DNA from: Octopus bimaculoides
Lineage: Eukaryota
Length of the DNA: 64,000 nucleotides
Assembly: GCF_001194135.2 (NCBI RefSeq)
Contig: NC_068989.1
Coordinates: 69,662,014-69,726,013, forward strand
Reading direction: 5' to 3'
Shown: piece after piece, positions 24,466-37,969 of the stretch
How the letters are laid out: each line of letters starts with the position of its first letter
Position numbering within the stretch: the stretch's first letter is position 1
The notes under the pieces: generated by a model
Told to the model about the DNA's origin: nothing
What the model saw: the letters and a program-made list of their open reading frames with translations, nothing else
The model's database searches: none
Position numbers and translations under genes: made by a program

Positions 24466-24929
24466 AAGGTATCAAACTCCCATCACAAGGCATGTAAGCA
24501 TTTGAATGAACCTTAGCAAATTATTTGTACCTATTTTATAAGCATGGGTAATAAAATAATTGTTTCTTCAATTTAAATTTTAATATTTTATTCCTCTAAT
24601 TCTTTTAAATCTGTCTTTTTGTAATATCTGTTTTTTGTTTATTATAGTGAAATTAATTTATTTTTGATCAGCTTAAAATGTTGAAATTTTATTGATTATA
24701 GACCTTTGATAAGATTACATTGTTAACAAACATTGTTTTTGTTGTTTTTCTTTTAAGCATTTGAGTGATGGTTACTTTTTTGATATTGATTTATGTCTTT
24801 TCTTTTTCTTTCTTATGCTCTCATAAGTTTATTCAAGATCAGAGAATTTTGGAAGGGGGAAAAAATGTATTAGCTACTAAAATATCCTACACCATGAATT
24901 TTATGTGTCTGTGTGTGTGCGTGCGCGCG

Positions 24930-24960
<31 letters not shown>

Positions 24961-25369
24961 GAACAAACATTATGAAAAAGCAATATCTATCGCTGATTCT
25001 CTCTTGGCAGTTTGTAAATTCTATATGATTTAATTAAAGAAGTGAGGTGCAAAGTTAATCTTTGTGGTCTTTCAAAAACAGACCCATGATCAAAGGCAAT
25101 CCAGCTGTGACCATCTTACTGGTTTTTTTCTTTTTAGTTCAGGGCATTTTGAAATAATATGCTCTTATATTATTTTAATTTTTAACATGTGAATTTGATG
25201 CTAATTTTCTAGCAAGTCAACCAACTGTAGAGACTGTCATTCACTTGTTGACTCTAGCGGAGTTATTTGTAAAGAAAGCAGATTTTTTTTAATGCAAATT
25301 CCTACATGAGTTTTCACATGTGTATTTGGATTTCACTTATTATTTTTTATCGTAATTTTTTTTGCTTTT

Positions 25370-25715
25370 GGTGTCTGCATGGTTGTATGGTTAACAAGTT
25401 TACCTCCCTATCCACATAGTTTTAGGTTCATTCCTGCTGCCCAGCATCTTGGGCGACTGTCTTCTACTACAGCCCCAGGCTAACCAAAGTCTTGAGTGGA
25501 TTTGGCAGGCAGAAAGAAGCCTGGTATATGTGTGTGTATGCTTGTGTTCTCCTTAATAAGAGTCTTCTGGACAAGAAGGAATATTACCTTGCTTGAAAAC
25601 AGGTGAAGGTTGACAACAGGAAGTGCATTCGTTCATGGAAAATCTACTTCATTGAATTCTGTCTGACCCATGCAAGCATGGCAGAGTTGATGTTAAAATG
25701 ATGATGATAATGATT
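25370..25715 (+). mobile_element. SINE family B (B2 tail)
   Basis: Head and (GAT)n tail are recognisable. Confidence 0.8.
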
Positions 25716-26512
25716 TAATACATATGGGTCCATTTTTCTTGATTTCACATTTGATCAAAGTCTGCTTTGTGCATGCCTTTAGGTGTCTGTTGGTAGATGA
25801 ATACCAAAGTTTGTGTGTGCATATGAATGCTTTAGAGGCAGGTGAAGCTAAACTCATAAAATGATCAAACTTGGGGAAAAGTTAAACAATCAAAAAAATG
25901 TTTGAAAATGCAATCTCTAGGGACTGTTATGTCAAACGGTATGTGGTAGTTCTCATGTTGAGACTAGATTAATATTTTTTCTTAAAAATTTATGTTTTAG
26001 AAAATTTTCTGTTATAGCATTTTATGATTATTAAATATCTCCATTTGTGAACTTTATTAGAAATTATGTGATTTTTTTTTCCAGTCAATTCTCTGGTGTA
26101 ACTACAGCTTAGATTCCTCATAACTATGATTATTCAAATTTGATTTTCTCAATAATTACAATTAACACTAATTATTTAAGTTAATTCATAATTTTATAAA
26201 ATATCACATAATTGAAAGGAAAAAAATTATATTTATTGATTGGGTGTGGGGAAACTCATAGCGTAATTTATTTCAATTATTTTCATGTTTACTTTTTTGT
26301 TGTTTAATTTACATCTTATGATCTGGGCTTTAAAAAAAAAATTCATCAATAGAATTTATTTTCAGACGTACGCTGAAAACCTGTTGTTATGATCACTTTG
26401 GAAACAGATTAATTTAACTGGCTGATAACATTAAGCAAAGATTATAACAGTATCCTAAGTGTGATTGGGAACTGCCAACCTTGATAACAATAACCATTTG
26501 ATATTGTATATG

Positions 26513-26950
26513 CAGGCATGGCTGTATGGTTAAAAAGTTTGTTTCCCAACCACATTGTTTCGGGTTCAGTCCCACTATGTGGCATGTTGAGCAAGTGTCT
26601 TCCATTGTAGTCTGAGGGTGAACAAAACCTTGTGAGTGGATTTGATAAGATGGAAACTGAATGAAGCTCAATGCATATGTGTGTGTGTGTGCACTCATGT
26701 GTATTTGTGCCCTCTTAACATGACATTCATGATAGCTATAAGTAAGTGTCATTGTCATGTAAAGTGAAGTCCCTTATTTCCAGTCATCCATGAAATCATG
26801 TCCAGTCATGGGGAAATATCTTGCTTGGAAACAGTTAAGGTTTGGTGACAGGAAAGGCATCTGGCTATAGAAAATCTTCCTTGACAAATTCTATCTGACC
26901 CATGCAAGCAGGGAAAAGTAGATGTTAGGACACTGATGATGATGATTATA
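26513..26950 (+). mobile_element. SINE family B (B2 tail), near full length
   Basis: GCAGGCATGGCTGTATGGTTAA head through GATGATGATGAT tail. Confidence 0.88.
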
Positions 26951-27526
26951 AGAAGCAGCTTCTATCTTTCGGATCATTAGGAAGTTGAGATATTAAAAAA
27001 AAAAAGAAAAACTAAAAATGACATAGTCTCTTTTTTTCTCTCTCTCTCTCTCTCTTTAATTTATTATTTTCTCATGCATTTCAGAAGGTTTTATATTTAA
27101 TAAGATTTAGTTTTCTGATTTGATTTTTTTTAAAAGATATTAATTCTTTTAAACTCCTGAGAGATTATGATTTTATCCATATAGATATATTAGTTAAATA
27201 CGAATTTATTTTAATTTTTCATTTCACTATCATCCTCATAGTTTAATGACCATCTTTTATGCTGCTGTAGATTACACAATTTGATAAAATTTGATTGGTC
27301 TGAGGACTACACCAAGCTCCAATATCTGCTTTGGCATGGTTTTGAAAGCTGAATGCCCTCCTTGACATCAACCACTTTACAGAGTGTACCTAGTGCTTTT
27401 CTCATGGCACAGCACTAGTGAGGCTGCCATCAGCTTGCATGGCAGTATGACTAGTACTGATACCTAAATTGTTACTCTTCTATTAGATAATCTTTATCAG
27501 CAAAGCAAGGAATACATGTTTTTTTT

Positions 27527-27761
27527 TAAGCCCATTTGTTAACATATTTCTTTTGAAATACATTGCTTTTCTTTAATTAATTTTTGAAAATAACGAAATT
27601 ATTTTACTAAATGTTTCGTTATTAATTAAGGTGGGACTTGGAATATAAACATGAAATTATGATGGGAAGTTTTAATTTAAGTTACTTCAAAAAAGAGATT
27701 TGTGTCATAGATCAAGGGGTAGTGACAGGGGTGCGAGTGAAGTTAGCATGAAAAAGGTTAA
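27527..27761. mobile_element. piggyBac-like MITE family D
   Basis: Family-internal sequence, ends AAAAAGGTTAA. Confidence 0.7.
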
Positions 27762-28149
27762 AAAATTTTGTTTCAGATTCATTCTTTTTTTTTTTTTTTT
27801 TTTTTCCCCAAATAAAACATTTCCGTTTTCCTAATCAAAACTCACATCATGTGAAAAAGAGTTGAGAGCTTCAGAATAAAAAAAGAAAAAGAGTCTTACT
27901 TCGTTGAACTGTGGGGTGGTTTCTACATGATGCTAATTAAGATGTAAATTTCCAATTAAAGCAGCTCTCTATCTAATTAAATTTATTGGTGTTGTTGTCA
28001 TGTACTAATTATGAAATGTCTGATGACTGAACACGTTCTGGAGGTTAATATATCAAAGACAAAAACCAATGTATTGTTTGTAATCTGATATATTCTTCTG
28101 AAGTTAAAATACTGTTTCCCTGCTTGCTCATTTACTCTGTTATTTGTTT

Positions 28150-28690
28150 TAGTTATTGGACAGTGGCCATGCTAGAACACCAACTTGTAGGGTTAGTTGA
28201 ACAATTTGACTGCAGTATTTAAAAAATTTTTTTTCTTAAGTCTGATACTTATTCTACTGATCCTGTTTGCAAAACCAACATTGGTTGTCAAGCAGCAAGG
28301 GAACAAAGGTAAACACATACCATGGGTTTCCACAATTTCTTATTTCTTTACTGCCCACAAGGGGCTACACACAGAGGGGACAGACAAACGGATTAAGTCG
28401 ATTATATCGACCCCAGTGCGTAACTGCTACTTATTTAATCAACCCCTAAAGGATGAAAGGCAAAGTCGACCTCGGCGGAATTTGAACTCAGAACGTAAAG
28501 ACAGATGAAATACCGCTAAGCATTTTGCCCGGCGTGCTAATGTTTCTGCCAGCTCACCTTCCACAATTTCTGGCTACCAAATACACTCACAAGGCATTGG
28601 TTGGCTTGGGGCTTTAGCACCATGGGACTGAACCTGAAACCATGTGGTTGAGAAGTTTGCTTTCAACCACTTGGCCATACCTGTGCTTAG
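28150..28690 (-). mobile_element. SINE family B interrupted by a SINE A
   Basis: B sequence on both sides of 28341-28558 rejoins once the insert and one TSD are removed. Confidence 0.8.
28341..28558 (-). mobile_element. Young SINE family A with 13-bp TSD
   Basis: TSD TTCCACAATTTCT at 28328-28340 and 28559-28571. Confidence 0.95.
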
Positions 28691-31600
28691 CTACGCAATG
28701 TGCCTTTCATGCTTCCAATAACATGTTTGAAAGAAAAGCTGTCCCTCATATACACAAGTATATTACAAATATATATGGTTCTTCATTAATAAGTGCTGAA
28801 TCTCATTAAATCTAATTAGTACCATTGTAACTATCTCAATTCTGCTCAGTCTCACAGCAATGATGATGATGATTAACATACAGTGTTGGCTAAAAACTTA
28901 TAGACATATAGGTTTTTAACCTATAATACATTATAGCAATGTTAATCATAACAATTTCAATCTTCACTTTTCCCATACTTGCATGAGTCCCACTAAGTTT
29001 ATTGAAGCAGATTATGTTTATATACACGACATGTTCATGGTCTGAAAAGAAAGGAACACCTGTATATGCTGTATAGTTAAGCTTTGGAATTTTGTCAGCA
29101 ACTGTGCACCTTCCTTAACTATCCATGAAGATACTCTGTATAAACTTTCTGATATTAGCGACTAAAGTAAAGTGGATAGATCAACTTGCATATTTCATTT
29201 GTTTTACATCCATTTTTCCATGATGAATGTATTATTTGAGACATTGTTTTAAAGCTAGATTCTCTTCTGGGTGTCAACTCTTTTGAGTATCGGATCACTT
29301 ATTCCATACTGCTTTGACAGCATGAAGTTCCCAGGTGATTTGTTGACAAGAAAATTTGACAGCACTGCATGTTGCACTTTTACATAAACAGTTGCAGGTG
29401 TAAACAAGCATACACCTTTTGTGCTACCAAAAAAAAAAAATGATGTGATGTTGCAATTTAGAAAGGCATCCAGAAAACCATGCCAAAAGCAGACATTGGA
29501 GCACAGATCTTCAGATCTGTCAAAACCCTGTCAAACCATCTAACCCATGCCTGCATGGAACATATATGTTAAATGATGATGATGATGATGATACAGTAGT
29601 CTTCTCTTATTGTCTGTCTGTCAGATTCACTCAATGCCATGTTTTGCTTTAGATTGAATGAAATAAGTATCAAGAATATTTTTCATCATTATCATCAGTT
29701 TTTTTAATAACCATATTGCAAAGGAAGTTTTATCTGTGATAAATTTATTAGCTTTGATTTGCAACGTAAAAATATTTTCCAATAGATTTTGATTTCTGAT
29801 GTAGAATTTCAATTTATTGTGTTGTGTTATTTCCATAGAGTTTGTTAAATTTCAGTAGATAGTTCTGTTTTATTTGGTCATGTGAAACTATAGATTTCCC
29901 AGATATAATTCCAGTCTGTTATGTCAGTGATATTTTGTTTATGTTTAGTATTACTGTCTCATGTAACAAATGAAATAGAAATGTAGAAATATTGTCTGTT
30001 TTATAAACCTGAAGAATCCATGAAGAAATTATATAATATTTCAATATCCTGTTAGCATTCATGCATCACTGAATATGTATCTGAACAATTGTTTACATCT
30101 TTCAATTCATTTTAATATGAAGTTTTCCTTTTACTTTTATCTAGACATCAAATGTTGTTTGTTTGCAACTCCATTGTTTAAAAGCAATTGCTGATTAAAG
30201 AGCATAAATGTTGTGTAGCAAATTTGATTTTCTAAATTGCTGCATTGTGGTTTATGGATAGATTTGTGGATTTCATATATTAGCAAGGCGAATCATAAGT
30301 TGTTGTAATGTCAGTCTACCTGTGGCAGGCTCAATCAGCCAATATGCTTTGTACTCAGTCTCTTAGTTTTCTTATAGTTAGATAGAATATTTATTGTAAA
30401 ATTCATATTGACTGAGTTTTTTTTTTGTATATTATTTTAATAACCCAGTGCTGAGGGGATGGGATGTCAATGATTAAATCTTGTAAATAAAGCAAATGCT
30501 ATTCCTCTGGATAAAACAATGAAAATGAGCTACTACATGATAAGTGTCATGTAATCTAATGTCTAATGATGAATTAGATAAAATGATTCTGGTAAGACCT
30601 CTTGTTGTAAATAGAAAAAACTGAATCTTAATGATTATGATATACAAGTGACTTATGCCAGCACAAATTTTACAATGAATTTGCCTCTACTAATTCATAC
30701 CCCCACTCCATCAGTAAATGTTCCATGGTTCTCAAACTTGCTTTCAAAACAACAAAAATAATATTTCTTCTTTTAATAATAATTTCAATTTAACATTTTA
30801 GTATTTGAAGTGGTTATATCCAAAGGAAATGCTGTCATTGATAGAATAACAAAGGTTGTTGTTTGTCATAAATAACACTATAACATGATTTTTTTCGTTC
30901 TTTGGTAGCAACTGTTATTTCCCATTTGCTTATAACTAGAAAGTATGAAAAATGGCTAATATTTCTTGCAAAATTTGCTTTTGTTACATTTATTCAAACT
31001 GTAAAGAATCCCTCCCAACACATGGCTATGATGCTCCTTCACTGCTCATGATCAGAGATGCACATATTGTCAGCCAATAAGAGACATGCTGAAGTGGTTA
31101 AGGTCAAGCAACTGACAAGTAAATCCTTGATATTGAGCAGAATATTTGCTATAAGCAGTAAGCAACTCATTGCTGAAACTGTCTGAAATGTAATGGAAAA
31201 TAGAGTCAGTTTCAAAACATTGATGTCCAGGTGACAAAAGCAAAGTTTGAAGGGAATAGTAGTCATTTCCTTTGATTTTTAGATAAAAGCAAAGAAAAAA
31301 TAACTCTTACTAACTAAAGCCAAAAAGAAATTAAAATTTTGTTACACAGTGAAATCAATAAGTATAGAGTGTGCCCACCACCACAAAAAAAAAAAAAAAA
31401 ATTAAAAAAAAACAGAAAGACTTCCCACATTTTACAAATTGACAAACATTTCAACAGCAAAATACAGTATGTGCAGGTCCAAACCATGATGATAAATGGA
31501 AGGGAAAAAGTGGTAAAACATGAAAACACCATTACTACTTGTCTAGCAGTATTAGTGCCACACCATGGTTTTTTTGCCACTCACTGTACAAAATGGAATT

Positions 31601-31879
31601 AAAATACATGGATTGGTATTTGGTTTTACCTTATTATATTTAAAAGAGCTGCACTTTCTAAAAATAAAATATTTTCAGTCTGGCAGTTGAAGTAGGTATT
31701 TCTCTAATCCTATGGTGGTTATTTTGTAATAGTTTTCTTGTTGTATAAGGCCTCTACCACCTACAATACAATATAACCTTTCCGTGTCAGATTTTGGGTG
31801 GTGCATCCTAAATCCTTTCATTATTTTTTTTTTTCTTGTCTATTTTGATTAGTTTGTTTAGAGTCTAGTTAAGAATATT

Positions 31880-32205
31880 CTAGCTGTAACTTATAACTGG
31901 GATGGCTAGTGTTGCTACCTATTATCTTGTTTTTCACATTGAGTTCTGTTTTCAATATTAATCCTTTCTTATCTTCTCTTTCATTTGTGTGTTGTATCAG
32001 ATCTAGTTCATTGATTACTAAATATTTGTCTGTCTGGCTTTGGTCTAATTCTCTTATTTCATTTGCTTTATCTAGTGTAATGTTACTCTTAACTAGTTTT
32101 CCTCTTTCAAGGTTGCTTTGGCACATCTTTCTAAGCCAAATTTCATGTTTATTTCTTTGGGAAATCCATGTACAGTCTGTAGTAATGTTTTCAGCTTATT
32201 ATTCA
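31880..32205 (-). pseudogene. R4/Dong-like non-LTR retrotransposon RT fragment, downstream of the catalytic DD motif
   Basis: LKTLLQTVHGFPKEINMKFGLERCAKATL, then after a frameshift RGKLVKSNITLDKANEIRELDQSQTDKYLVINE..IQH..LILKTELNVKNKI. Confidence 0.75.
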
Positions 32206-32545
32206 GTAGTCTTATTTTTATCAAGTGCTTTCACTGCACTACTGAGTGCAGCTCTGTGTGCCTTGGGTATGTGCTGTGGTTTGTTGTGATGCTCTTTTTA
32301 CTGTATTGAAATTGTTTTATGTAGGATGTTATTTTCTGTATTATATATACTTGTTAGTCCTGTATTTTTTGTTATGTATTTATCTGAATATTTTTTTTAT
32401 CATACCCAATGCGCCTACTATGATGGTAATTGTTTCTGTTTTTAGACTTCATATTTGAGTTACCTCTGTTTCCAGATCTTTATATTTTGAAAGTTTCTCT
32501 GTTTCTTTTAGAGAAACATTATCATCTGAGTTACCTCTATTTCCA

Positions 32546-32559
32546 TATTATTATTATTA

Positions 32560-32615
<56 letters not shown>
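32546..32615. repeat. (ATT)n microsatellite
   Basis: Direct reading. Another lies at about 39701-39752. Confidence 0.95.
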
Positions 32616-32616
<1 letters not shown>

Positions 32617-33199
32617 CTATTTAGTATTGCTACTACTACATGAAATATACTGAAATACTAGGAGCAAATAGGTTCAGCTTTGCATTTGAAATGGTTGAAG
32701 TAAGGATGGTGCTAAGTTGGTAGGGTTAGAGAGTTTGCATTCATGTATTTAAGATGCTGTTATCTTTCTTTGTGGTAAGGTTGATACCCAGTACAAGTTA
32801 GGGTACTAATTAACAACAGAAGTGAATAGCTTCAGGTTAATGAGTAAACATTAGCATCTTCAATAGTTATAGGCATGCATTGAAATAATATACTCCACCT
32901 ACTCAATGCCTTTTATAAATGCAGTGGGCTCTCCAGTAAAATGACAATGAATTTAAACTTTAGATAATCTATAATGCACTTATGAAATTAATGTTGTTAG
33001 TAATTAGTAACTGAACATTAATTTACTTGGATAGCTTGCTGTAATTAATAATGCTTCATTGTATTGGAATTGCCATATGTTGCTTGGACACAAATGAACT
33101 CTAGATTATTTTGTTTAATAAGCTTATGTAATGGGGCTGAACCTGGAACCACTTGATTGGGAAGCATTTATCTTCATAGTATTTATGATTAAGGTACAT

Positions 33200-33425
33200 A
33201 TGATTCCCAGGCCAGGCTGTGTGTTGTGTTCTAGAGCAAGACATTTTATTTCATGTTGCTCCAGTTCATTCAGCTATAGAAATGAGTTGTGGTATGGAGA
33301 GGGGAGGCTGGTATGCATGGGCAACTGCTGGTCTTCCATAAACAACCTTGTTGAGGCTTGTACCTCGAAGGGGAACTTTCTAGATGCAATTCCATGGTCA
33401 TTCATGACTGAAGGGGATCTTTTAC
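33200..33425 (+). mobile_element. SINE family F, partial with internal deletion
   Basis: Aligns to 53728-54062. Confidence 0.85.
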
Positions 33426-33774
33426 ACACTAGAAGATATTTGTTGATAGTTATTGTCATCATCATCATTTAGCATCCAAGATATATGCTGGTGTGGGTTG
33501 GATAGTTTGACAAGTTGATGGACTGTATCGTGTTCCAGTGTCTGCTTTGGTATGGTTTTTATGACTAAAAGCCCTTCCTAATGCCAACAAGTTTGTAGTG
33601 TGTACTGGGTGCTTCTTTTTATTGGCACCAGCACTTGTGAGGTTGCTGAGGCTGCCATGTAAGGCTGTGAACTTTGACAGAGATGGCTTTATGCCAGGGG
33701 ATAAAAATTTAAAATATGAGGGAAGGGTCCAGATTAGAACTGATTTACATGGCTTGCTGATAAAGAGATTACTT

Positions 33775-33814
<40 letters not shown>

Positions 33815-34393
33815 TCCTAATACATTTAACTCTTAACATTCAGTTTCTTTTGCATGATCTTTAGAACTATTTTCATGCTATGATGCATAGAACTGGGGGT
33901 TTTTTTGGGGTTTTTTTTGGTGCCGAGACATTTGAGTGAAAGATTACTTTCTTGTAGAATCTTGATTTTTAAACCAGCAAAAGGACATAAACTTGTTAAC
34001 TACAGTTAGTTGAAAAAGAAAAGTATGTTATTTTTATCTTTTACATATCATTCTGTTGTGAAAATGTTTCAAAAGAGTCTACTGAGCATATGGGTAAAGT
34101 AAACAATAGGACGAGCATGGTGGCTGTCAAATTTGATGATTGATGTCCTTCACTAACTAACTATAAAGTCTTGTGATATAATGCAGGCCTTTGATGATGT
34201 AACAACTTGTCATTGTCATCCTGTTGTCAGAGTTCTTTTACTGCTGTTAATCACCAAAGAACTATTATTTTTATTTATATTTACCTCATTTGAAATTTTT
34301 TCTTTGTATTTTGTTTTCCACCTGTCAGTGCTTAGTCTAAAGAATAGTTTGGATGTTTGAGCTTTTGGGGGTCTCTTTTAAAAAAAAAAAAAT

Positions 34394-34426
<33 letters not shown>

Positions 34427-34528
34427 TTTAAGTTTTTGCTTTTCGAATTTTGTTGCCTGCAAACTCTGTAAATTGAATTCTGATTTCATGATCTCCAGAA
34501 ATCTATACAGATTTTTTTTTTCCTTCAG

Positions 34529-34550
34529 AGCTACAGCTTGCATTAAATAA
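34529..34550 (+). other. Candidate 22-nt microexon (phase 1 to 2, ELQLALN)
   Basis: ttttttttttccttcAG acceptor and AA|GTGATT donor. Confidence 0.2.
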
Positions 34551-34731
34551 GTGATTTTCAAATATGCAATTACCAAATTATGAATATTAGTAGACTTCTC
34601 ATTTATAAACTGTTAATTAATTACATGTATTGCTCTTCTTAGGTAAAATATTTGATTTTTATCTTCAGTTTTAATTGTCCTAAAACACTTTAACACTTTT
34701 GTTACCATGGAAGGTTTTATTTTAGCTCGTC

Positions 34732-34900
34732 TTAACCCTTTTGTTACCATATTTCTGATAGAGTACACAGATTCAATTAAGTGTGTGTTTAAGACATAGT
34801 GTGGAATTTTTGTTAGAATGTTTTAAGATCCTTTTAAAACAGGAAGTTTGTATCATAGAATGAGGGACAGCTTCAAGTGGTTTGGTATGAAAAAGTTTAA
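34732..34900. mobile_element. piggyBac-like MITE family D, internally deleted
   Basis: TTAACCCTTTTGTTACCATATTTCTG ... GGTATGAAAAAGTTTAA. Confidence 0.75.
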
Positions 34901-35948
34901 TAAAGGCAAAGATGTTGTAGGAAGGGTTATTGGCATTAAGAAGCTTAATTACCTTAGAAACCATGCCAAAGCAGACATTGGAATGTGGCACAGTCCAAAT
35001 TTTGTCAAACCATCCAACCCATGCTAGCATCGAAAATGGATGTTAAATGATGATGATAGTAAAAAATGTCTGCATTTCTGTTATAGCTGTTCAGTTTTGT
35101 TAATGATTATGTGGTTAAGAAGTCTGTTTCACATCTATAAGGTTTTGGGTTTGATCTCACCTGCTGCATGGAACCTCAGGCTGACCAATGATGAAATTTG
35201 GTAGATGGAAACTCATTGTGTGTGTAGGAATTTGGTTGATGGAAACTGTACAAAGCCTATTATATATACACATATATAACATGTATATGTGCATGTGTTT
35301 ATATTCCATACTTCGCATGTTAGAGTGCAGAGCTATAAGCAATGAAGTTTATTGTCATTTTTTGTCAACAAGTCATCCACCAACTCTTTGCTTTCAAAGA
35401 CATGTTGAAAAGAGAAATTTCTTTCTTGATAAACCAGTAAGAAGGTAGTGGCAGAAAACGTAACTAGCTGTAAAAACAAGGCTTCAGTAACAATACCTAA
35501 GCCATGCTAGCATGGAAAATACATAGAACAGATGTGTGTGTGTTTACTTCCTTGTGTGTCATTGCATTGACTTTCAAAGCACACACAATTGACACCATGT
35601 GGACTACAGTGACATTTCTCTGTCCGGCATAAACTCTCATGTCCAACAGCTCAATGGTTCAAAGATCTATTCATTCCTAATATCTTTGAACAGATTCAAA
35701 TATGACTATCTGATTGATGTTCTTTTGTAGCTGACAGATTACCTCCTCCCTTTAAATGATGTATGTTTGTAATGTGATTCATTGGTGCAAGGGGACTTCC
35801 AGACACACAATGCTTTGACCTTATTGTGTACCTCCTCTGTCAAAGCTGCCAAATCAGACCACTGAATTTGACAAGAACTTGAGCATTTCTTTATAGGCAT
35901 CAACTAACAGATTATTTGCTGATGCATGCAGATGTCTGCCAAACAGAT

Positions 35949-36271
35949 AATAATTCATGGAATGCATGCAGAAAGGCAAGAATCCAAAGAATAATATATC
36001 TATTCATTCTTAATATGTTCTGGCAGATTCAGATGTGAATATTTGATTGCTATTTTCTTTTTCTCATAACACAAGTGTTGTTTGTTCATAACACATGCAA
36101 TTCACAGGCGTAAGGAGTAAGGGTTTGACTCTGCCAGAACATATAAAGAATGAATGGATACACATAACAGCAATCAGATATTTCCGTTTGAATCTGCCAA
36201 GATGTTTTAAGAATGATTAGATATATTATTGTTTAGATTCTCATTCTTCTACATGCACCCCATGAATTATT
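35949..36271. repeat. Inverted repeat (arms 35949-36051 and 36169-36271) with extra sub-repeats
   Basis: 103-bp arms, about 75-80% identical. Further partial copies at about 35666-35725 (direct) and 36124-36160 (inverted). Confidence 0.8.
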
Positions 36272-36757
36272 TTCATTGAAATGATATTTGTTTTGTAAAA
36301 TACATGAATTGGTACTTTTATCATCCATCATTTATGGATAACAAGCTCATTCCTGTGCCTGTCTTAGAAAACATACTGTAACACCCTTTCATTTACATTT
36401 AAAAAGTGTAAAGTGTATTGCCACATACACACAAGCATGCCCACAGATTGAACAGATTTCTGTATGCTTCCCAGACTGAAACACATTTCTTTGCACATCA
36501 AAAGATTTAAACTAACTGTGCTATTTAGTACCTGATTAGATATTTACTTATTCACCATCAACACTTCTATCTGGTTATAACTGTCTCAAATATTTTTGAA
36601 GAAAATTAAAAAAAAAAAGAAATGTAATTGAAATACTGTCATATATGATATTAAATTTCTTTTTCTATATTGATTTTAATTTGTTAGCAGTTATTTGTTT
36701 CTGATGAATTTTTGCAAATAGCACTTCAGTTTTAAATAACTATTAAAAAAAAAAATG

Positions 36758-36790
<33 letters not shown>

Positions 36791-37129
36791 TGACATTGAA
36801 AAATACAAATGTTTTAAGTGTCAAAACCTAGAAAATTTATTGTTTTGTGAAAATAATTTAGTTAGCTGCTACTACAACTCAATGTAAAGAGTACCTAAGC
36901 AAATCTTTTGCAAAAATGTTATTATTTCGAAAATAATCATTTCAAAAACTTTATTAAATATTGCTCTCTATGTAAAAATAATTTTTATTAAATTTTTAAC
37001 TCTGGTACTTTTTTCCAAATAATCTTTATTCAGTTTTTCTTTAACAAAGACATTCACTGACATTTTGATGCCATTTTTGGTATCAGAGCATTTTTAGGAG
37101 GTATATTTAAATGAATCTTCTGCTATATA

Positions 37130-37510
37130 AGCAGATATGACTGTGTGATTGATAAGTTTATTTGCCATCTACATGGTTTATGATTCAATCCCACTGCATG
37201 GCACTGTAGTGTCTTCTACTATAATCCCAAGCTGACCAAAAGCCTTGTGAGTGGATTTGGTAGATAGGAACTGAAACCTCATTGTGTGTGTGTGCACATG
37301 CATGCTATTGTCTCCTTGCTTTGACATTACATAATAGTTGTAAATGGGTGTCACCATCATGCATGTGATGTCCTTTGCTTCCAATATTTTGTGATGTTTC
37401 CAATATTTGGTTATGGAGAAATACTACCATATTTGGAAACAGGTCATAACTAGTGATACAAAGGGCTCCTAGACATAGAAAAGTGGACATTAAAATGATA
37501 ATGATGGCAA

Positions 37511-37515
<5 letters not shown>
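37130..37515 (+). mobile_element. SINE family B (B2 tail)
   Basis: Head and tail are recognisable. Confidence 0.8.

Positions 37516-37601
<86 letters not shown>
37516..37601. repeat. (AC)n microsatellite, about 43 units
   Basis: Direct reading. Confidence 0.97.
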
Positions 37602-37604
<3 letters not shown>

Positions 37605-37969
37605 TGTATGGCAAGCAACCATATAGTTTTAAAGTATTAATTTCACTCACAAGGCATTGGGTTTCTTTATTTTGCACAAATTTAATTATTTAATTTAAAA
37701 TTGTAGGAAATGTTTATAAAAAGCTCTCTCATACTGTTTTGTTTTTCATTTTAATTTAAAACATTTTTTTTTGTATCCCTTCTTAGAAAATAACATTTTG
37801 TTTATCTCTTTTATTGATCTCATGTTACTTATAAATCTCTGATCATACGGAAATATAACTTAATATAACTTAAAGATAATGTTTTAAGTAGCTGGTGAAA
37901 ATAATTCCCTTGAGGAATTGTGGGATTAAAACTTATTCAGTTGAAATTGGTGCAGAAGATATTAAGTTG

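Noticed and set aside
30560-30630. ATGATGA ... CTGA C/D-box-like pair
   Set aside because: No terminal stem or recognisable guide sequence. These motifs are frequent by chance here.
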